NCBI GenBank assembly: GCA_012728915.1
Contig: JAAYEC010000045.1
Location: forward strand, 9,803-73,802
Length of the DNA: 64,000 bases
Direction of reading: 5' to 3'
Origin: Deltaproteobacteria bacterium
Lineage (GTDB): Bacteria > Desulfobacterota > Syntrophia > Syntrophales > UBA2192
Shown: in pieces, positions 19,641 through 29,469 of the stretch
Layout: every line of letters begins with the position of its first letter
How positions within the stretch are numbered: position 1 is the first letter of the stretch
Program-made: the position numbers and the translations under genes
Notes under the pieces: generated by a model
Told to the model about the DNA's origin: nothing
The model's database searches: none
What the model saw: only the letters and a program-made list of their open reading frames with translations

Positions 19641-19768
19641 CCAAGGCGCCAGGTCCAGGCAGCAGGGCCCACGCAGCCAGGGCACCTCTTGAAGGTGATT
19701 TTTTCTTCACCCTGTTGCCGGGTCCTCTCTCCCCTCGTTGCCCGTTGCCGGTTGCCTGCACCCCGTTC
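19641..19768. repeat. Heptad-periodic inverted array element (copy A)
   Basis: Plus strand CCAAGGC GCCAGGT CCAGGCA GCAGGGC CCACGCA GCCAGGG; hairpin CACCT-CTTGA-AGGTG followed by ATTTTTTCTT; then ..CGTTGCC CGTTGCC GGTTGCC (19736-19756). Confidence 0.55.
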
Positions 19769-19833
19769 AGCGAGCGAAGGGTATCACAGCCCCGCCGCCC
19801 CGGGCAACCTCTTTATGACGCGCAGGCCCGGGG

Positions 19834-19871
19834 AAAACAAAAAGGCCACGGGATAGGCATCTCCCATGGCC
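19834..19871 (-). terminator. Rho-independent terminator
   Basis: The minus strand reads GGCCATGGGA-GATGCCTA-TCCCGTGGCC followed by TTTTTGTTTT. It lies about 200 nt downstream of the stop of the 86-aa EF-like gene. Confidence 0.6.
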
Positions 19872-20072
19872 CCGGTCCTTGTATCGGGCAAGCCTCCCCA
19901 TATCGGGGGTGAAGCGAGGAAGTTAAGAAGAGCGGAAGCTCGGGGGAAAAGCAAGACTCTCTGTTCTCTTTATCTGCTCTTCCTCAGTTCTGCTCTTCCG
20001 ATGCTCACAGCGTTGAATGCCGAAAACGAAGACATGGCAAGCAACGTGGGTGCCCCGCCGCCGTCGGATGAC

Positions 20073-20333
20073 CTAATCAGGGATGACCTTGAAGACCTCG
20101 TCCCCCGGCCTGCAACGGTCCGACACCTTCACCCCGATGTAGTCCCCCGCGACGGCCTTTTGGACCTTCGCGTTGTTGACCTCCATCGACTCGACGAGGT
20201 TCTCGAAACTCGTCGTGTGGCCGACGTACTTGAGCGTGTCCCCCACTTTCACTTCGCCTGCGGTGATCTTGATTGCCGCGACGCTGGGTTTTGCGAAGAA
20301 CTTGACGATTTCGCCGATCTTTTCCTCCGCCAT
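20073..20333 (-). CDS. Small translation-elongation-factor-like protein (EF-Tu domain-II-like beta-barrel only)
   Basis: 86 aa; MAEEKIGEIVKFFAKPSVAAIKITAGEVKVGDTLKYVGHTTSFENLVESMEVNNAKV... RBS AAAGGAGG. The family assignment is from memory. Confidence 0.7.
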   Translation of the reverse strand: MAEEKIGEIVKFFAKPSVAAIKITAGEVKVGDTLKYVGHTTSFENLVESMEVNNAKVQKAVAGDYIGVKVSDRCRPGDEVFKVIPD

Positions 20334-20424
20334 AACGATGAGCCTCCTTTCTTCCGGGTACCTTCGAGCGATGTGTATAATGTTTCCCGATGGAAATCAA
20401 GGGCAAAGGAGGGCGACCAGGTCC

Positions 20425-20457
20425 AACGAAAAAGGCAGGGGCTCTCACCCCTGCCTT
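20425..20457 (-). terminator. Rho-independent terminator after rplQ
   Basis: The minus strand reads AAGGCAGGGG-TGAGAG-CCCCTGCCTT followed by TTTCGTT. Confidence 0.65.
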
Positions 20458-20481
20458 GACTGTCCTCTGCAGCCCGGAGCC

Positions 20482-21030
20482 TCATTCTTCTTGCTTCGGG
20501 GCCGATTTTTCGCCCTTTTCTCCCTTTGCGGCCTTCGACTTGCCCTCCTTCTTCGCCTTGGGCGCCTTCGACGCCGCCTTGGCCTTGGGCTCTTTCCCGG
20601 CCTTCGGTGCCGCCTTGGGCTTGCCCTCCTTCTTGGCCGTCTTTTCCTTCTTGCCCTTCTTCTCGGCGGGCTTCCCCAGCAGCTCGACAATGGCCAGGGG
20701 TGAGCTGTCGCCGACCCGGAACCCCGTCTTGACGATGCGCGTGTATCCGCCCTGGCGGTCGGCGAACCGGGCGCCGAGCTCGTCGAAGAGCTTCTTCAGG
20801 ACGTCCTTGTCCCGGAGGACCGCCGCGGCCTGCCGGCGGGCGTGCAGGCTGCCTTTTTTGGCCAGCGTGATCATCTTCTCGGCCACCCGCCTGAGTTCCT
20901 TGGCCTTGGCGTCGGTGGTCTCGATCTTCTCGTACCTCAGAAACGACGTCACCATATTGCGAAGCATGGCCGTCCGATGGCTCGCGGTCCTGCCAAGCTT
21001 TCTTCCGCCTACCCCGTGTCGCATGAACAA
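20482..21030 (-). CDS. rplQ: 50S ribosomal protein L17 with Lys/Ala-rich C-terminal extension
   Basis: 182 aa; L17 core [21 protein letters not shown].. followed by a ~63-aa tail [63 protein letters not shown]. Confidence 0.95.
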   Translation of the reverse strand: MFMRHGVGGRKLGRTASHRTAMLRNMVTSFLRYEKIETTDAKAKELRRVAEKMITLAKKGSLHARRQAAAVLRDKDVLKKLFDELGARFADRQGGYTRIVKTGFRVGDSSPLAIVELLGKPAEKKGKKEKTAKKEGKPKAAPKAGKEPKAKAASKAPKAKKEGKSKAAKGEKGEKSAPKQEE

Positions 21031-21051
21031 AATCCTTTCCGATCGTTATTG

Positions 21052-22053
21052 TCAGTCGGCGCTGGCGGCCTCATCCCTTCCCTTGGGCGGCCAGTCGATC
21101 TTCATCCCGAGCGAAAGACCCATCTCGGAGAGGATCTCCTTGATCTCGTTGAGGGACTTGCGGCCGAAGTTGCGGGTCTTGAGCATCTCCGCCTCCGTCT
21201 TCTGCACGAGCTCGCCGATGATGTGGATGCCCGCGTTTTTCAGGCAGTTGGCGGACCGCACGGAGAGTTCGAGCTCGTCGACGCTCTTCAGGAGGTTCTC
21301 GCTGAGCTTCGCGCTCTGCCCGGTCTCCTCCTGGACCTCCTCCTCTTCCGTCTCCTCGAAGTTGATGAAGATGTCGAGCTGGTCTTTCAGGATCTTCGCC
21401 GCAAAGGCGACGGCATCCTCGGGCTGCACGCTGCCGTCGGTCCAGACCTCCAGGACGAGCTTGTCAAAATCGGTGATCTGGCCCACGCGGGCGTGGCTGA
21501 CGGTGTAGCTCGCCTTCTTGATGGGCGAGAAGATGGCGTCGATGTTGATGGTGCCCTCGGGCTGCTCGGGGTCGCGCTCGCGCTTGGCCATCACGTAGCC
21601 CTTGCCCATCTTCACGACCATCTCGGCCTTCATCTTGCCTCCCGTCGTGAGGGTGGCGATGTGGTGGTCGGGGTTGAGGACCTCCACGTGGGCGTCGGTG
21701 ACGATGTCGCCCGCCTTGACGGGGCCCGCCGCGGCGGCATCGATCTTGATCGTACGGGGAACGTCGCCGTGAAGCTTCAGGCGGACGCCCTTGAGGTTCA
21801 GGATGATGTCCGTCACGTCCTCCTTCACGCCGGGAATCGAGGAAAATTCGTGAAGAACCTTGTCGAACCGCACGGACACGATGGCCGCCCCCTGGATGGA
21901 GGACAGCAGCACGCGCCTCAGGGAGTTCCCGAGCGTGATGCCGTAGCCTCTCTCGAGGGGCTGGACGGTGAATTCCGCGTAGGACGCGCTGTGGGTCTTT
22001 TCGTCGATCTCGATCCGTTTCGGCCGGATCAGGCTGCGCCAGTTTCTCTGCAT
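21052..22053 (-). CDS. rpoA: DNA-directed RNA polymerase subunit alpha
   Basis: ATG 22053 follows GAGGGA and gives [18 protein letters not shown]... N-terminal and C-terminal (..[15 protein letters not shown]..) domains are present. Confidence 0.95.
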   Translation of the reverse strand: MQRNWRSLIRPKRIEIDEKTHSASYAEFTVQPLERGYGITLGNSLRRVLLSSIQGAAIVSVRFDKVLHEFSSIPGVKEDVTDIILNLKGVRLKLHGDVPRTIKIDAAAAGPVKAGDIVTDAHVEVLNPDHHIATLTTGGKMKAEMVVKMGKGYVMAKRERDPEQPEGTINIDAIFSPIKKASYTVSHARVGQITDFDKLVLEVWTDGSVQPEDAVAFAAKILKDQLDIFINFEETEEEEVQEETGQSAKLSENLLKSVDELELSVRSANCLKNAGIHIIGELVQKTEAEMLKTRNFGRKSLNEIKEILSEMGLSLGMKIDWPPKGRDEAASAD

Positions 22054-22143
22054 AATCAATCGTCCCTCTGGCTATCAGGTTTGCAAACCGCCTGGTGTGG
22101 GGATGAATCGCCCGGAGCACCGCCCCGGGCGGCTTCTGACAGG

Positions 22144-22770
22144 TTACTTGGAATAAAGCTCGACCACCAGCTGTTCCTGCACGGGCATGGTGATGTCCTC
22201 GCGCGTCGGAATGCTCTTGACGACGCCCTTGAAATGATCCTTGTCCAGCTCCAGCCACGCCGGAATGCCCCGGCGGGCCACCGTTTCGAGGGCGTCGAGG
22301 ATGGGGAGGACCTTCCGGCTCCTCTCCCGCAGCTCGATGACGTCGTCCTTCCGCACCGTGTACGAGGGGATGTTGACCTTCCTACCGTTGACGAAGAAGT
22401 GGCCGTGGCGGACGAGTTGCCGGGCCTCGTTGCGGGAGGGGGCAAACCCCAGCCTGAACACCACGTTGTCGAGCCTGCGCTCCAAGAGCATCAGGAGGTT
22501 CGTGCCGGTGATGCCCCTCATGCGGTCGGCCCGCTCGAAGTATCCCCGGAACTGCTTCTCGAGCAGCCCGTACATCCTCTTCAGGCGCTGCTTCTCGCGA
22601 AGCTGAACACCGTAGTCGGAGTGTTTCTTCCTCGCCTGCCCGTGCTCGCCGGGCGCATAGCCCCGCCGCTCGAACGCGCATTTCTCGGTGTAGCAGCGGT
22701 CGCCCTTGAAAAACAGCTTCAGGCCTTCACGGCGGCAAAGCCTGCATTCGGAGCCTCTGTATCGTGCCAA
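22144..22770 (-). CDS. rpsD: 30S ribosomal protein S4
   Basis: 208 aa; (M)[19 protein letters not shown]... TTG start preceded by GGGAGGA. Confidence 0.95.
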   Translation of the reverse strand: MARYRGSECRLCRREGLKLFFKGDRCYTEKCAFERRGYAPGEHGQARKKHSDYGVQLREKQRLKRMYGLLEKQFRGYFERADRMRGITGTNLLMLLERRLDNVVFRLGFAPSRNEARQLVRHGHFFVNGRKVNIPSYTVRKDDVIELRERSRKVLPILDALETVARRGIPAWLELDKDHFKGVVKSIPTREDITMPVQEQLVVELYSK

Positions 22771-22812
22771 GTTCTTCCTCCCTGTGGGTCGATGAGTCGT
22801 TCGTCTCGGATA

Positions 22813-23205
22813 CTACACGCGTCTTCGCTTCGGCGGACGGCAGCCGTTGTGGGGAATCGGGGTCACGTCGCGGATGAGGCTGATCGTCAGCCCTGCGGCC
22901 TGCAGCGCCCTGAGCGCCGACTCGCGCCCCGAGCCGGGCCCCTTCACGTAGACCCGGATGGATCGGAGACCCTGTTCCTTCGCCTTCTTCACGGCGCTCT
23001 CGGCGGCCATCTGGGCCGCAAAGGGGGTGCCCTTCCGGGACCCCTTGAATCCCGACATCCCGGAGGACGCCCAGGAAATGACGTTCCCCGTCAGGTCGGT
23101 GATGGTGACGATGGTGTTGTTGAACGTCGACTGGATATGGGCGATCCCCTCGGGGACGTTCTTTTTCTCACGCTTCTTCCCGGACTTTCTCCTCGGACTG
23201 GCCAT
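22813..23205 (-). CDS. rpsK: 30S ribosomal protein S11
   Basis: 130 aa; ..[18 protein letters not shown].. and a C-terminal ..[13 protein letters not shown]. Confidence 0.97.
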   Translation of the reverse strand: MASPRRKSGKKREKKNVPEGIAHIQSTFNNTIVTITDLTGNVISWASSGMSGFKGSRKGTPFAAQMAAESAVKKAKEQGLRSIRVYVKGPGSGRESALRALQAAGLTISLIRDVTPIPHNGCRPPKRRRV

Positions 23206-23232
23206 GGTTCCTCCCGCTGTCGGATGTCGTCG

Positions 23233-23601
23233 TTACTTCTTCTTGCCGGCAATGGCCCTGCGGGGGCCCTTGCGCGTGCGGGCGTTGGTGTGCGTGCGCT
23301 GACCGCGGAGGGGCAGGCCCTTGCGGTGCCGCAGGCCCCGGTACGTCCCGATATCCATGAGCCGCTTGATCGACATGGAGACGTCCCGGCGCAGGTCGCC
23401 CTCCACCCTGTGGTCCTTGTCGATGATGCTGCGGATGGCCGTCACCTCCGCATCGGTGATGACGTCCGTCTTGGTCTCGTAGGGTATGCCCGCCTCGCGG
23501 AGGATCTCCCTCGCCTTGGACCGGCCGATCCCGTAAATGTAGGTCAGGGCGATCTCCATGCGCTTGTTCTTCGGTAGGTCAACGCCTGCAATTCTTGCCA
23601 C
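23233..23601 (-). CDS. rpsM: 30S ribosomal protein S13
   Basis: 122 aa; (M)[25 protein letters not shown]... GTG start after GAGGAGG. Confidence 0.97.
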   Translation of the reverse strand: MARIAGVDLPKNKRMEIALTYIYGIGRSKAREILREAGIPYETKTDVITDAEVTAIRSIIDKDHRVEGDLRRDVSMSIKRLMDIGTYRGLRHRKGLPLRGQRTHTNARTRKGPRRAIAGKKK

Positions 23602-23629
23602 TGCTCGGGCCTCCTCGAATAGTTGTGTG

Positions 23630-23743
23630 TTATCCCTGGCGCTGCTTGTGCTTCGGGTTTTCGCAGATCACCCGTACGACGCCGTGGCGCTTGATGATCT
23701 TGCACTTGTCGCACATTTTCTTCACGGAAGGTCTTACTTTCAC
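23630..23743 (-). CDS. rpmJ: 50S ribosomal protein L36
   Basis: Not in the ORF track because it is under 60 aa. The minus strand reads GTG AAA GTA AGA.., giving (M)[36 protein letters not shown]. Confidence 0.9.
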   Translation of the reverse strand: MKVRPSVKKMCDKCKIIKRHGVVRVICENPKHKQRQG

Positions 23744-23785
23744 GACGAAACCCCCTTTTCTCCACCGGCCCGCGGCCGTCCCGCC

Positions 23786-24004
23786 CTACTTCGACCGGTA
23801 GGTGATCCGCCCGCGCGTCAGGTCGTAGGGCGACAGTTCCACCGTCACCTTGTCCCCGGGGAGGATCTTGATGAAGTGCATCCGCATTTTTCCCGAGATG
23901 TGGGCCAGCACGCGGTGCCCGTTCTCCAGTTCCACCCGGAACATGGCGTTCGGCAGCGTCTCGACGACCGTTCCCTGCACCTCGATGGGTTCTTCCTTTG
24001 CCAT
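23786..24004 (-). CDS. infA: Translation initiation factor IF-1
   Basis: 72 aa; [41 protein letters not shown]... Confidence 0.97.
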   Translation of the reverse strand: MAKEEPIEVQGTVVETLPNAMFRVELENGHRVLAHISGKMRMHFIKILPGDKVTVELSPYDLTRGRITYRSK

Positions 24005-24017
24005 ATACTCCCCGCGC

Positions 24018-24767
24018 TCAGCCGATCCGGCTCAAGATGACCGGCCCGTTTTCCGTGATGGCCACGGAGTGCTCGAAATGGGCCGACAGCTTGCCGTCGG
24101 CCGTCACCACCGTCCACCCGTCACGGAGGACGTCCACCCGGTAGGTGCCTTCGTTGACCATGGGCTCGATGGCAAAGACCATCCCGGTCTTCAGTTCGAT
24201 GCCGCGGCCGCTGGTCCCGTAGTTGGGGACCTGCGGGTCCTCGTGGAGGCTCCTGCCGATGCCGTGGCCCACGAGGTCCCGGACCACCGAGAAGCCCGCG
24301 GCCTCCGCGTGTCCCTGGATGGCGGCCGAGATGTCGCCGATGCGGTTGCCCGCCCGGGCCTCCGCAATACCCCTGTAAAGAGCCTCCTCCGTAACGGCGA
24401 GCAGCCTCTTGGCCGCGGGGGTGATTTGTCCCACGGGCACCGTCACCGCCGCGTCCCCGTAATAGCCGCCGTGGAGAATGCCGAAATCCAGGCTGATGAT
24501 ATCGCCTTCCTTCAACTCCCGCTCCGAGGGCATCCCGTGCACCACCTCGCTGTTGACCGAGGTGCACAGGGAGTACGGGTAGCCCCGGTATCCCTTGAAG
24601 GCCGGGCGGGCGCCCTTTTTCAGGGCCATCTCCTCGCTCAGCCGGTCCAGTTCTATCGTTTTGACCCCCGGCTTGATCTTCTTTCTGAGCTCCTCCAGGA
24701 TCGCGGCGACAAGGGCGTTGCTCTTTTTCATCTTTTCAATCTCCCGGCGAGATTTCAAGATGATCAT
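24018..24767 (-). CDS. map: Type I methionine aminopeptidase
   Basis: ATG 24767 follows AAGGAGG and gives [21 protein letters not shown]... Metal-ligand regions ..SLDFG.., ..[10 protein letters not shown].., ..EPM.. are present. The track ORF extension into secY is rejected. Confidence 0.95.
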   Translation of the reverse strand: MIILKSRREIEKMKKSNALVAAILEELRKKIKPGVKTIELDRLSEEMALKKGARPAFKGYRGYPYSLCTSVNSEVVHGMPSERELKEGDIISLDFGILHGGYYGDAAVTVPVGQITPAAKRLLAVTEEALYRGIAEARAGNRIGDISAAIQGHAEAAGFSVVRDLVGHGIGRSLHEDPQVPNYGTSGRGIELKTGMVFAIEPMVNEGTYRVDVLRDGWTVVTADGKLSAHFEHSVAITENGPVILSRIG

Positions 24768-24778
24768 GACCCGCCTCC

Positions 24779-26086
24779 TTACCTCCGCTTGGCCAGACGC
24801 CCCTTCTTGAGGAACCCTTCGTACTGCCGCGCCAGCAGGTGCGTCTCGATCTGCCCCGCCGTGTCGAGTGCCACGCCGACGACGATCAGCAGCGCCGTCC
24901 CGCCGAAGTAAAAGGGAACGTTGAAGTAGACCATCAGAATGCTCGGCAGCACGCAGACCGCCGAGACGTAGATGGCCCCACTGAAGGTCAGCCGGCTCAG
25001 CACGTGGTCGATGTACTCCGCCGTCTTCTTGCCCGGCCGGATCCCGGGGACGAACCCACCGTGCTTCTTCATGTTCTCCGCCACGTCCGCCGGGTTGAAC
25101 ACGACGGCCGTGTAGAAGAAGCAGAAGAACACGATGAACCCGACATAGATCAGCTCGTAGAGGACCGCTCCCGGCACGAGCAGGTCCGAGACGGCCTTCA
25201 TCCACGGGTGGGGGATGAACTGGGCCAGGGTGGCCGGGAACATGATGATCGACGACGCGAAGATGGGCGGGATGACGCCCGACGTGTTAATCTTGAGGGG
25301 CAGGTGCGTCGTCTGCCCCCCGTACATCTTCCGTCCGACGATCCTCTTGGCGTACTGCACAGGGATCCGTCGCTGTCCCGTCTCCATGAAGACGATGGCA
25401 CCGACGACGGCAATCATGAATAGGGCCAGGAAGATCACCGCGAGAATGCCCATTTCCCCCGTCGACATGAGCCGGAAGGTGTTGAAGACGCCCTCGGGAC
25501 CCCGGCAGACAATTCCCGCGAAAATGATCAGCGAAATCCCGTTCCCGATCCCCCGCTCCGTGATCTGCTCACCCAGCCACATGATGAAGGCCGTGCCGGC
25601 CGTGAGCGTGATGACCGTCATGAGGCGGAAGCCCCAGCCCGGGGTGATCACGATGGAGGCTCCCGTCGGTCCCGCCATGTTCTCGAGGCCCACGGCGATG
25701 CCGAAACCCTGGATGAGGGACAGCAGCACCGTCCCGTAGCGCGTGTACTGGGTGATCTTGCGACGCCCCGCCTCACCCTCCTTCGAAAGCCGCTCCAGGT
25801 GCGGGACTGCGATCGTGAGCAGCTGCAGGATGATGGAGGCGCTGATGTAGGGCATGATCCCCAGCGCGAAGACCGACAGGTTCGACAGCGCGCCGCCGGC
25901 AAACAGGTCGAAGAGCCCCAGCAGGGAGCCCCTGGCCTGGTCGAAGAACGCGGCGAGCGCCGCCGTGTCGATTCCCGGCGTGGGCACGTGGGCCCCGATC
26001 CGGTATACGGCCAGAAGCAGGAACGTGAAGGCGATGCGCTTCTGGAGCTCGGGAATTTTCGGGATGTTTTTCAGTCCGCCGATCAA
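24779..26086 (-). CDS. secY: Preprotein translocase subunit SecY
   Basis: 435 aa, polytopic; ..[28 protein letters not shown]... Confidence 0.97.
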   Translation of the reverse strand: MIGGLKNIPKIPELQKRIAFTFLLLAVYRIGAHVPTPGIDTAALAAFFDQARGSLLGLFDLFAGGALSNLSVFALGIMPYISASIILQLLTIAVPHLERLSKEGEAGRRKITQYTRYGTVLLSLIQGFGIAVGLENMAGPTGASIVITPGWGFRLMTVITLTAGTAFIMWLGEQITERGIGNGISLIIFAGIVCRGPEGVFNTFRLMSTGEMGILAVIFLALFMIAVVGAIVFMETGQRRIPVQYAKRIVGRKMYGGQTTHLPLKINTSGVIPPIFASSIIMFPATLAQFIPHPWMKAVSDLLVPGAVLYELIYVGFIVFFCFFYTAVVFNPADVAENMKKHGGFVPGIRPGKKTAEYIDHVLSRLTFSGAIYVSAVCVLPSILMVYFNVPFYFGGTALLIVVGVALDTAGQIETHLLARQYEGFLKKGRLAKRR

Positions 26087-26099
26087 ATCCGATGACCCC

Positions 26100-26543
26100 T
26101 TATCCGATGACCTCGACCTTGCCGCCGACCGCCTCGACCTTCTCCCTCGCAGCCTCGCTGACGGCGTTCACCCTCACGGTGAGGGCCTTCTCGATCGTCC
26201 CCTTGGCGAGAAGCTTGATCCCGTCGCCCGTCCTCCGGATCACCCCGCCCGCAAGCAGGGCCGCCGCGTCGACGGGGGCGTCCCCGGAGAACCGGTTGAG
26301 CTGGCCCAGGTTGACGATGACGATCTCCTTGCGGAAGACGTTCTTGAACCCCTTCTTGGGGAGGCGCCGGGAAAGCGGCATCTGGCCACCCTCGTACCCC
26401 GGGCGCGAATTGTGGCCCGAACGGGCCTTGAGGCCCTTGTGCCCCTTGGTGGAGGTCCCGCCGTGGCCGGAACCGTCGCCGCGGCCGATCCGCTTTCTCT
26501 TCTTCCTCGAACCCTCGGGGGGTCTCAGTTCGCTCAGGTTCAT
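26100..26543 (-). CDS. rplO: 50S ribosomal protein L15
   Basis: ATG 26543 gives [31 protein letters not shown].., colinear with the L15 N-terminus. The track ORF starts at GTG 26552, which is also possible. Confidence 0.95.
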   Translation of the reverse strand: MNLSELRPPEGSRKKRKRIGRGDGSGHGGTSTKGHKGLKARSGHNSRPGYEGGQMPLSRRLPKKGFKNVFRKEIVIVNLGQLNRFSGDAPVDAAALLAGGVIRRTGDGIKLLAKGTIEKALTVRVNAVSEAAREKVEAVGGKVEVIG

Positions 26544-26548
26544 TGCGC

Positions 26549-26737
26549 TCACCCGCTGATTTCTTCCACGGCCACAAGATGGCTCACCTTGCCGACCATG
26601 CCCCGGACCTCGGGGGTATCCTGGAGCGTGACGCTCCGGTTCATCCGCACGAGCCCCATGCCGCGCAGCACCCTGCGCTGCTTCTCGGGCCGCCCGATGG
26701 AACTCTTCACCAGTGTGATCTTCAGCTTTTTTTCCAC
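26549..26737 (-). CDS. rpmD: 50S ribosomal protein L30
   Basis: GTG 26737 gives (M)[35 protein letters not shown]... 62 aa with no in-frame ATG. It is embedded in a longer track ORF. Confidence 0.9.
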   Translation of the reverse strand: MEKKLKITLVKSSIGRPEKQRRVLRGMGLVRMNRSVTLQDTPEVRGMVGKVSHLVAVEEISG

Positions 26738-26760
26738 GGTTGCATCCTCGGACTCATCAA

Positions 26761-27276
26761 TTAAATGTCGGCAACGTCCCTGCCCCTGAGCGCCGCAATC
26801 TGATCGGCGGACCGGAGCCTGCGCAAGCCGTTGAGGGTCGCCTTCACGAGGTTGTGGGGGTTGTGGGAGCCCAGGCACTTGGTCAGCACGTTCTGCACGC
26901 CGGCCACTTCCAGCACCGCTCGGACGGCGCCGCCCGCAATGAGGCCCGTCCCCTCCGAGGCGGGCTTCAGCATGACCCGTCCCGCGCCGTATTCCCCGAG
27001 GATCTCGTGGGGAATCGTCCGGTTGCCGATGGAGACCTTCGCCATGCTCTTGCGGGCCTTTTCCATGCCCTTGCGGATGGCTTCGGGCACCTCGTTGGCC
27101 TTCCCGAGCCCGGCGCCGACGGATCCCTTGCCGTCGCCGACGACCACGATGGCGCTGAATCGAAACCGCCGGCCGCCCTTGACGACCTTGGCCGTGCGGT
27201 TGATCGCCACGACGCGGTCCAGGATTTCCGTCTCTTCCACCATGAATTCCTTTCTTTCTCGGCTGTCCCTGTCCAA
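26761..27276 (-). CDS. rpsE: 30S ribosomal protein S5
   Basis: ..[29 protein letters not shown]... TTG 27276 follows GAAGAGGGAG; an alternative ATG lies at 27243. Confidence 0.95.
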   Translation of the reverse strand: MDRDSRERKEFMVEETEILDRVVAINRTAKVVKGGRRFRFSAIVVVGDGKGSVGAGLGKANEVPEAIRKGMEKARKSMAKVSIGNRTIPHEILGEYGAGRVMLKPASEGTGLIAGGAVRAVLEVAGVQNVLTKCLGSHNPHNLVKATLNGLRRLRSADQIAALRGRDVADI

Positions 27277-27307
27277 CGGTCACTCCCTCTTCAAGCGTAA
27301 TCGGTTG

Positions 27308-27679
27308 CTAGAACTTCAGGCCCGCTGCCCGTGCCCCCTCGGCCAGGGCCTTCACCCGGCCGTGATAGAGGAATGCGCCCCGGTCGTACACCGCCGACTC
27401 GACCCGGAGAGCCGCAAGCTTCTTCGCCATGAGCCTGCCCACCTCGGCGGCCGCGGCCGTCTTCTTCATCTTCGCGATCGTCTCGGCGATCTCCTTGCTG
27501 CGCGTCGAGGCCTCGGCCAGCGTCCGGCCGGCCTCGTCGTCGACGGCCTGCACGTAGATGTGCCGGGCGCTGCGGAACACGGCGAGCCGCGGACGCGCGG
27601 CCGTTCCCGCCACCTTGCCCCGGACACGCTTCTTTCGCTTGTCTCGCACCTTCTGGATCTTCTTGGCTGACGATAACAA
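27308..27679 (-). CDS. rplR: 50S ribosomal protein L18
   Basis: TTG 27679 follows GAAGAGGG and gives (M)LSSAKKIQKVRDKRKKRVRGKV..RPRLAVFRSARHIYVQ... 123 aa with no in-frame ATG at the N-terminus. Confidence 0.9.
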   Translation of the reverse strand: MLSSAKKIQKVRDKRKKRVRGKVAGTAARPRLAVFRSARHIYVQAVDDEAGRTLAEASTRSKEIAETIAKMKKTAAAAEVGRLMAKKLAALRVESAVYDRGAFLYHGRVKALAEGARAAGLKF

Positions 27680-27722
27680 TGTTCTGCCCTCTTCGTATGA
27701 TGGGGTTGTTCGTCCGGTTGCC

Positions 27723-28262
27723 TTACGCGCCCGCGGACTTGCCGACCTTGCGCCGCACGACTTCGCCCGCATAGCGGATCCCCTTGCCCTTATAGGGCTC
27801 GGGCCTCCGCTTGGCGCGGATCTCGGCGGCGACCCGGCCCACGAGTTCCTTGTCGATCCCGGAAACGGTGAGGCTCGTCTGTTTCTCGATTTTCACCGCG
27901 ATCCCCTCCGGGATCTCGTAGGCCAGGGGCACGGAGTAGCCCACGAACAGCTTGAGCGTCGTGCCCTCCATCTCGGCACGGAAGCCGACGCCGGAGATCT
28001 CGAGACCCTTTGTGAAGCCGGCGCTCACCCCCGTGACCATGTTGGCCACGAGCGTCCGCGTCAGCCCGTGCAGGGCGCCGGCCCTGCGCCCGTCGTGGGT
28101 GGTCTTCACGGTGAGGGTCCTGCCCTCCTGCGCGATTTCGATGTCCCGGGGCAGCGCCCGCGAGAGGGCCCCCTTGGGGCCGGTCACCTTGATCTCCCCG
28201 CCGGCGACGCTGACCGTCACCTTGTCCGGCAGGGCGATGACTTTTTTCCCGATTCGTGACAT
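27723..28262 (-). CDS. rplF: 50S ribosomal protein L6
   Basis: 179 aa; MSRIGKKVIALPDKVTVSVAGGEIKVTGPKG... Confidence 0.97.
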   Translation of the reverse strand: MSRIGKKVIALPDKVTVSVAGGEIKVTGPKGALSRALPRDIEIAQEGRTLTVKTTHDGRRAGALHGLTRTLVANMVTGVSAGFTKGLEISGVGFRAEMEGTTLKLFVGYSVPLAYEIPEGIAVKIEKQTSLTVSGIDKELVGRVAAEIRAKRRPEPYKGKGIRYAGEVVRRKVGKSAGA

Positions 28263-28284
28263 GGGTGTCTCTCCTGACTTGCGC

Positions 28285-28686
28285 TTACCAGACGTTGCAG
28301 AGAATCTCGCCGCCCACGTTCTGCTGCCGCGCTTCCTTGTCCGTCATGATCCCCCGGGACGTCGAGACGATGGCCACGCCGAAGCCGTTGTACACCCGGG
28401 GGATCTTCTTGCTCGAGACGTAGATCCGGCGGCCCGGCTTGCTCACCCGCTGCAGGTCCTGGATGATGCGGCCCCGGGTGTCTGTGTACTTCAGGTAGAT
28501 CTTGAGGACGTCCTTCTTGCTGGCGTCCTTCTTGACGTCGAACCCGCTGATGTAGCCGGTCCGCTTGAGAACCTTGACAATCTCCAGGTTCACCCTCGAG
28601 AGCCGGGCGTTCACGCTCCGGAACTTCATGCGGTTGGCGTTCCGGACCCTCGTCAGCATATCCGCGATCGGATCGGTCATACCCAT
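28285..28686 (-). CDS. rpsH: 30S ribosomal protein S8
   Basis: ATG 28686 gives MGMTDPIADMLTRVRNANRMKF.. (alternative ATG at 28680). C-terminal ..GGEILCNVW. Confidence 0.95.
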   Translation of the reverse strand: MGMTDPIADMLTRVRNANRMKFRSVNARLSRVNLEIVKVLKRTGYISGFDVKKDASKKDVLKIYLKYTDTRGRIIQDLQRVSKPGRRIYVSSKKIPRVYNGFGVAIVSTSRGIMTDKEARQQNVGGEILCNVW

Positions 28687-28706
28687 AAATCCTTGCTCCT
28701 CCCCGT

Positions 28707-28892
28707 CTACCAGCTCGACTTGATCACGCCGGGGATCTCGCCCCACGAGGCGTACTTGCGCAGGCAGATGCGGCACATGTTGAACTTGCGGTAGTACGCC
28801 CGGGGCCTCCCGCAGATCGGGCAGCGGTTGTACTCCCGGACGGAAAACTTCTTCTTCCGCTTCGCTTTTGCGATCAGGGACTTCTTAGCCAA
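28707..28892 (-). CDS. rpsN: 30S ribosomal protein S14, zinc-binding type Z
   Basis: 61 aa; (M)[44 protein letters not shown].. (CxxC..CxxC). TTG start after GGAGGA. Confidence 0.95.
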   Translation of the reverse strand: MAKKSLIAKAKRKKKFSVREYNRCPICGRPRAYYRKFNMCRICLRKYASWGEIPGVIKSSW

Positions 28893-28913
28893 GTTGATCC
28901 TCCGTCTGGTGCC

Positions 28914-29453
28914 CTAGTTCCGGAAGGGCATTCCCATGAGTTTCAGCAGATGTCGGGCCTCCTCGTCGGTTCTCGCCGTCGTGACGATGACCACGTTCAT
29001 GCCCTTGACCTTGTCGATCTTGTCATAGTCGATCTCGGGAAAGATGAACTGTTCCTTGATCCCCATGGCGAAATTGCCGCGGCCGTCGAAGGAGCTGGGC
29101 GGGATGCCCCGGAAGTCGCGGATCCGGGGAATCGCCACGTTCACCAGCCGGTCGAAGAACTCGTACATGCGCTCCTTGCGAAGGGTCACCATGCAGCCCA
29201 CGGACATGCCCTTGCGCAGCTTGAAGGTGGCGATCGACTTTCGGGCCTTCGTGATGACGGGCTTCTGGCCTGTCAGGGCCCCGATCTCCGCCGATGCGCT
29301 CTCGAGGATCTTGACGTTCTGGATCGCCTCGCCCAGGCCCATGTTCACGATGATCTTCTCCAGCCGGGGCACCTGCATCGTGTTGCGGTACCCGAACTGC
29401 TTCATCATGGCCGGGACGACTTCGCTCTTGTAGTGGTCTTTGAGTCTTGCCAT
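28914..29453 (-). CDS. rplE: 50S ribosomal protein L5
   Basis: 179 aa; [39 protein letters not shown]-like N-terminus. Confidence 0.97.
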   Translation of the reverse strand: MARLKDHYKSEVVPAMMKQFGYRNTMQVPRLEKIIVNMGLGEAIQNVKILESASAEIGALTGQKPVITKARKSIATFKLRKGMSVGCMVTLRKERMYEFFDRLVNVAIPRIRDFRGIPPSSFDGRGNFAMGIKEQFIFPEIDYDKIDKVKGMNVVIVTTARTDEEARHLLKLMGMPFRN

Positions 29454-29469
29454 GGTTCCTATCCCCGGT

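Noticed and set aside
19866-20459. The 197-aa plus-strand ORF spanning the folC-upstream spacer and the EF-like gene.
   Set aside because: It is antisense to a well-supported small gene, crosses a terminator, and has no RBS or family resemblance.
24768-24778. No adk gene between secY and map, a common position for it in other bacteria.
   Set aside because: Only 11 nt separate the two genes and there is no scar or remnant. This is lineage-specific gene order, not an anomaly in itself.
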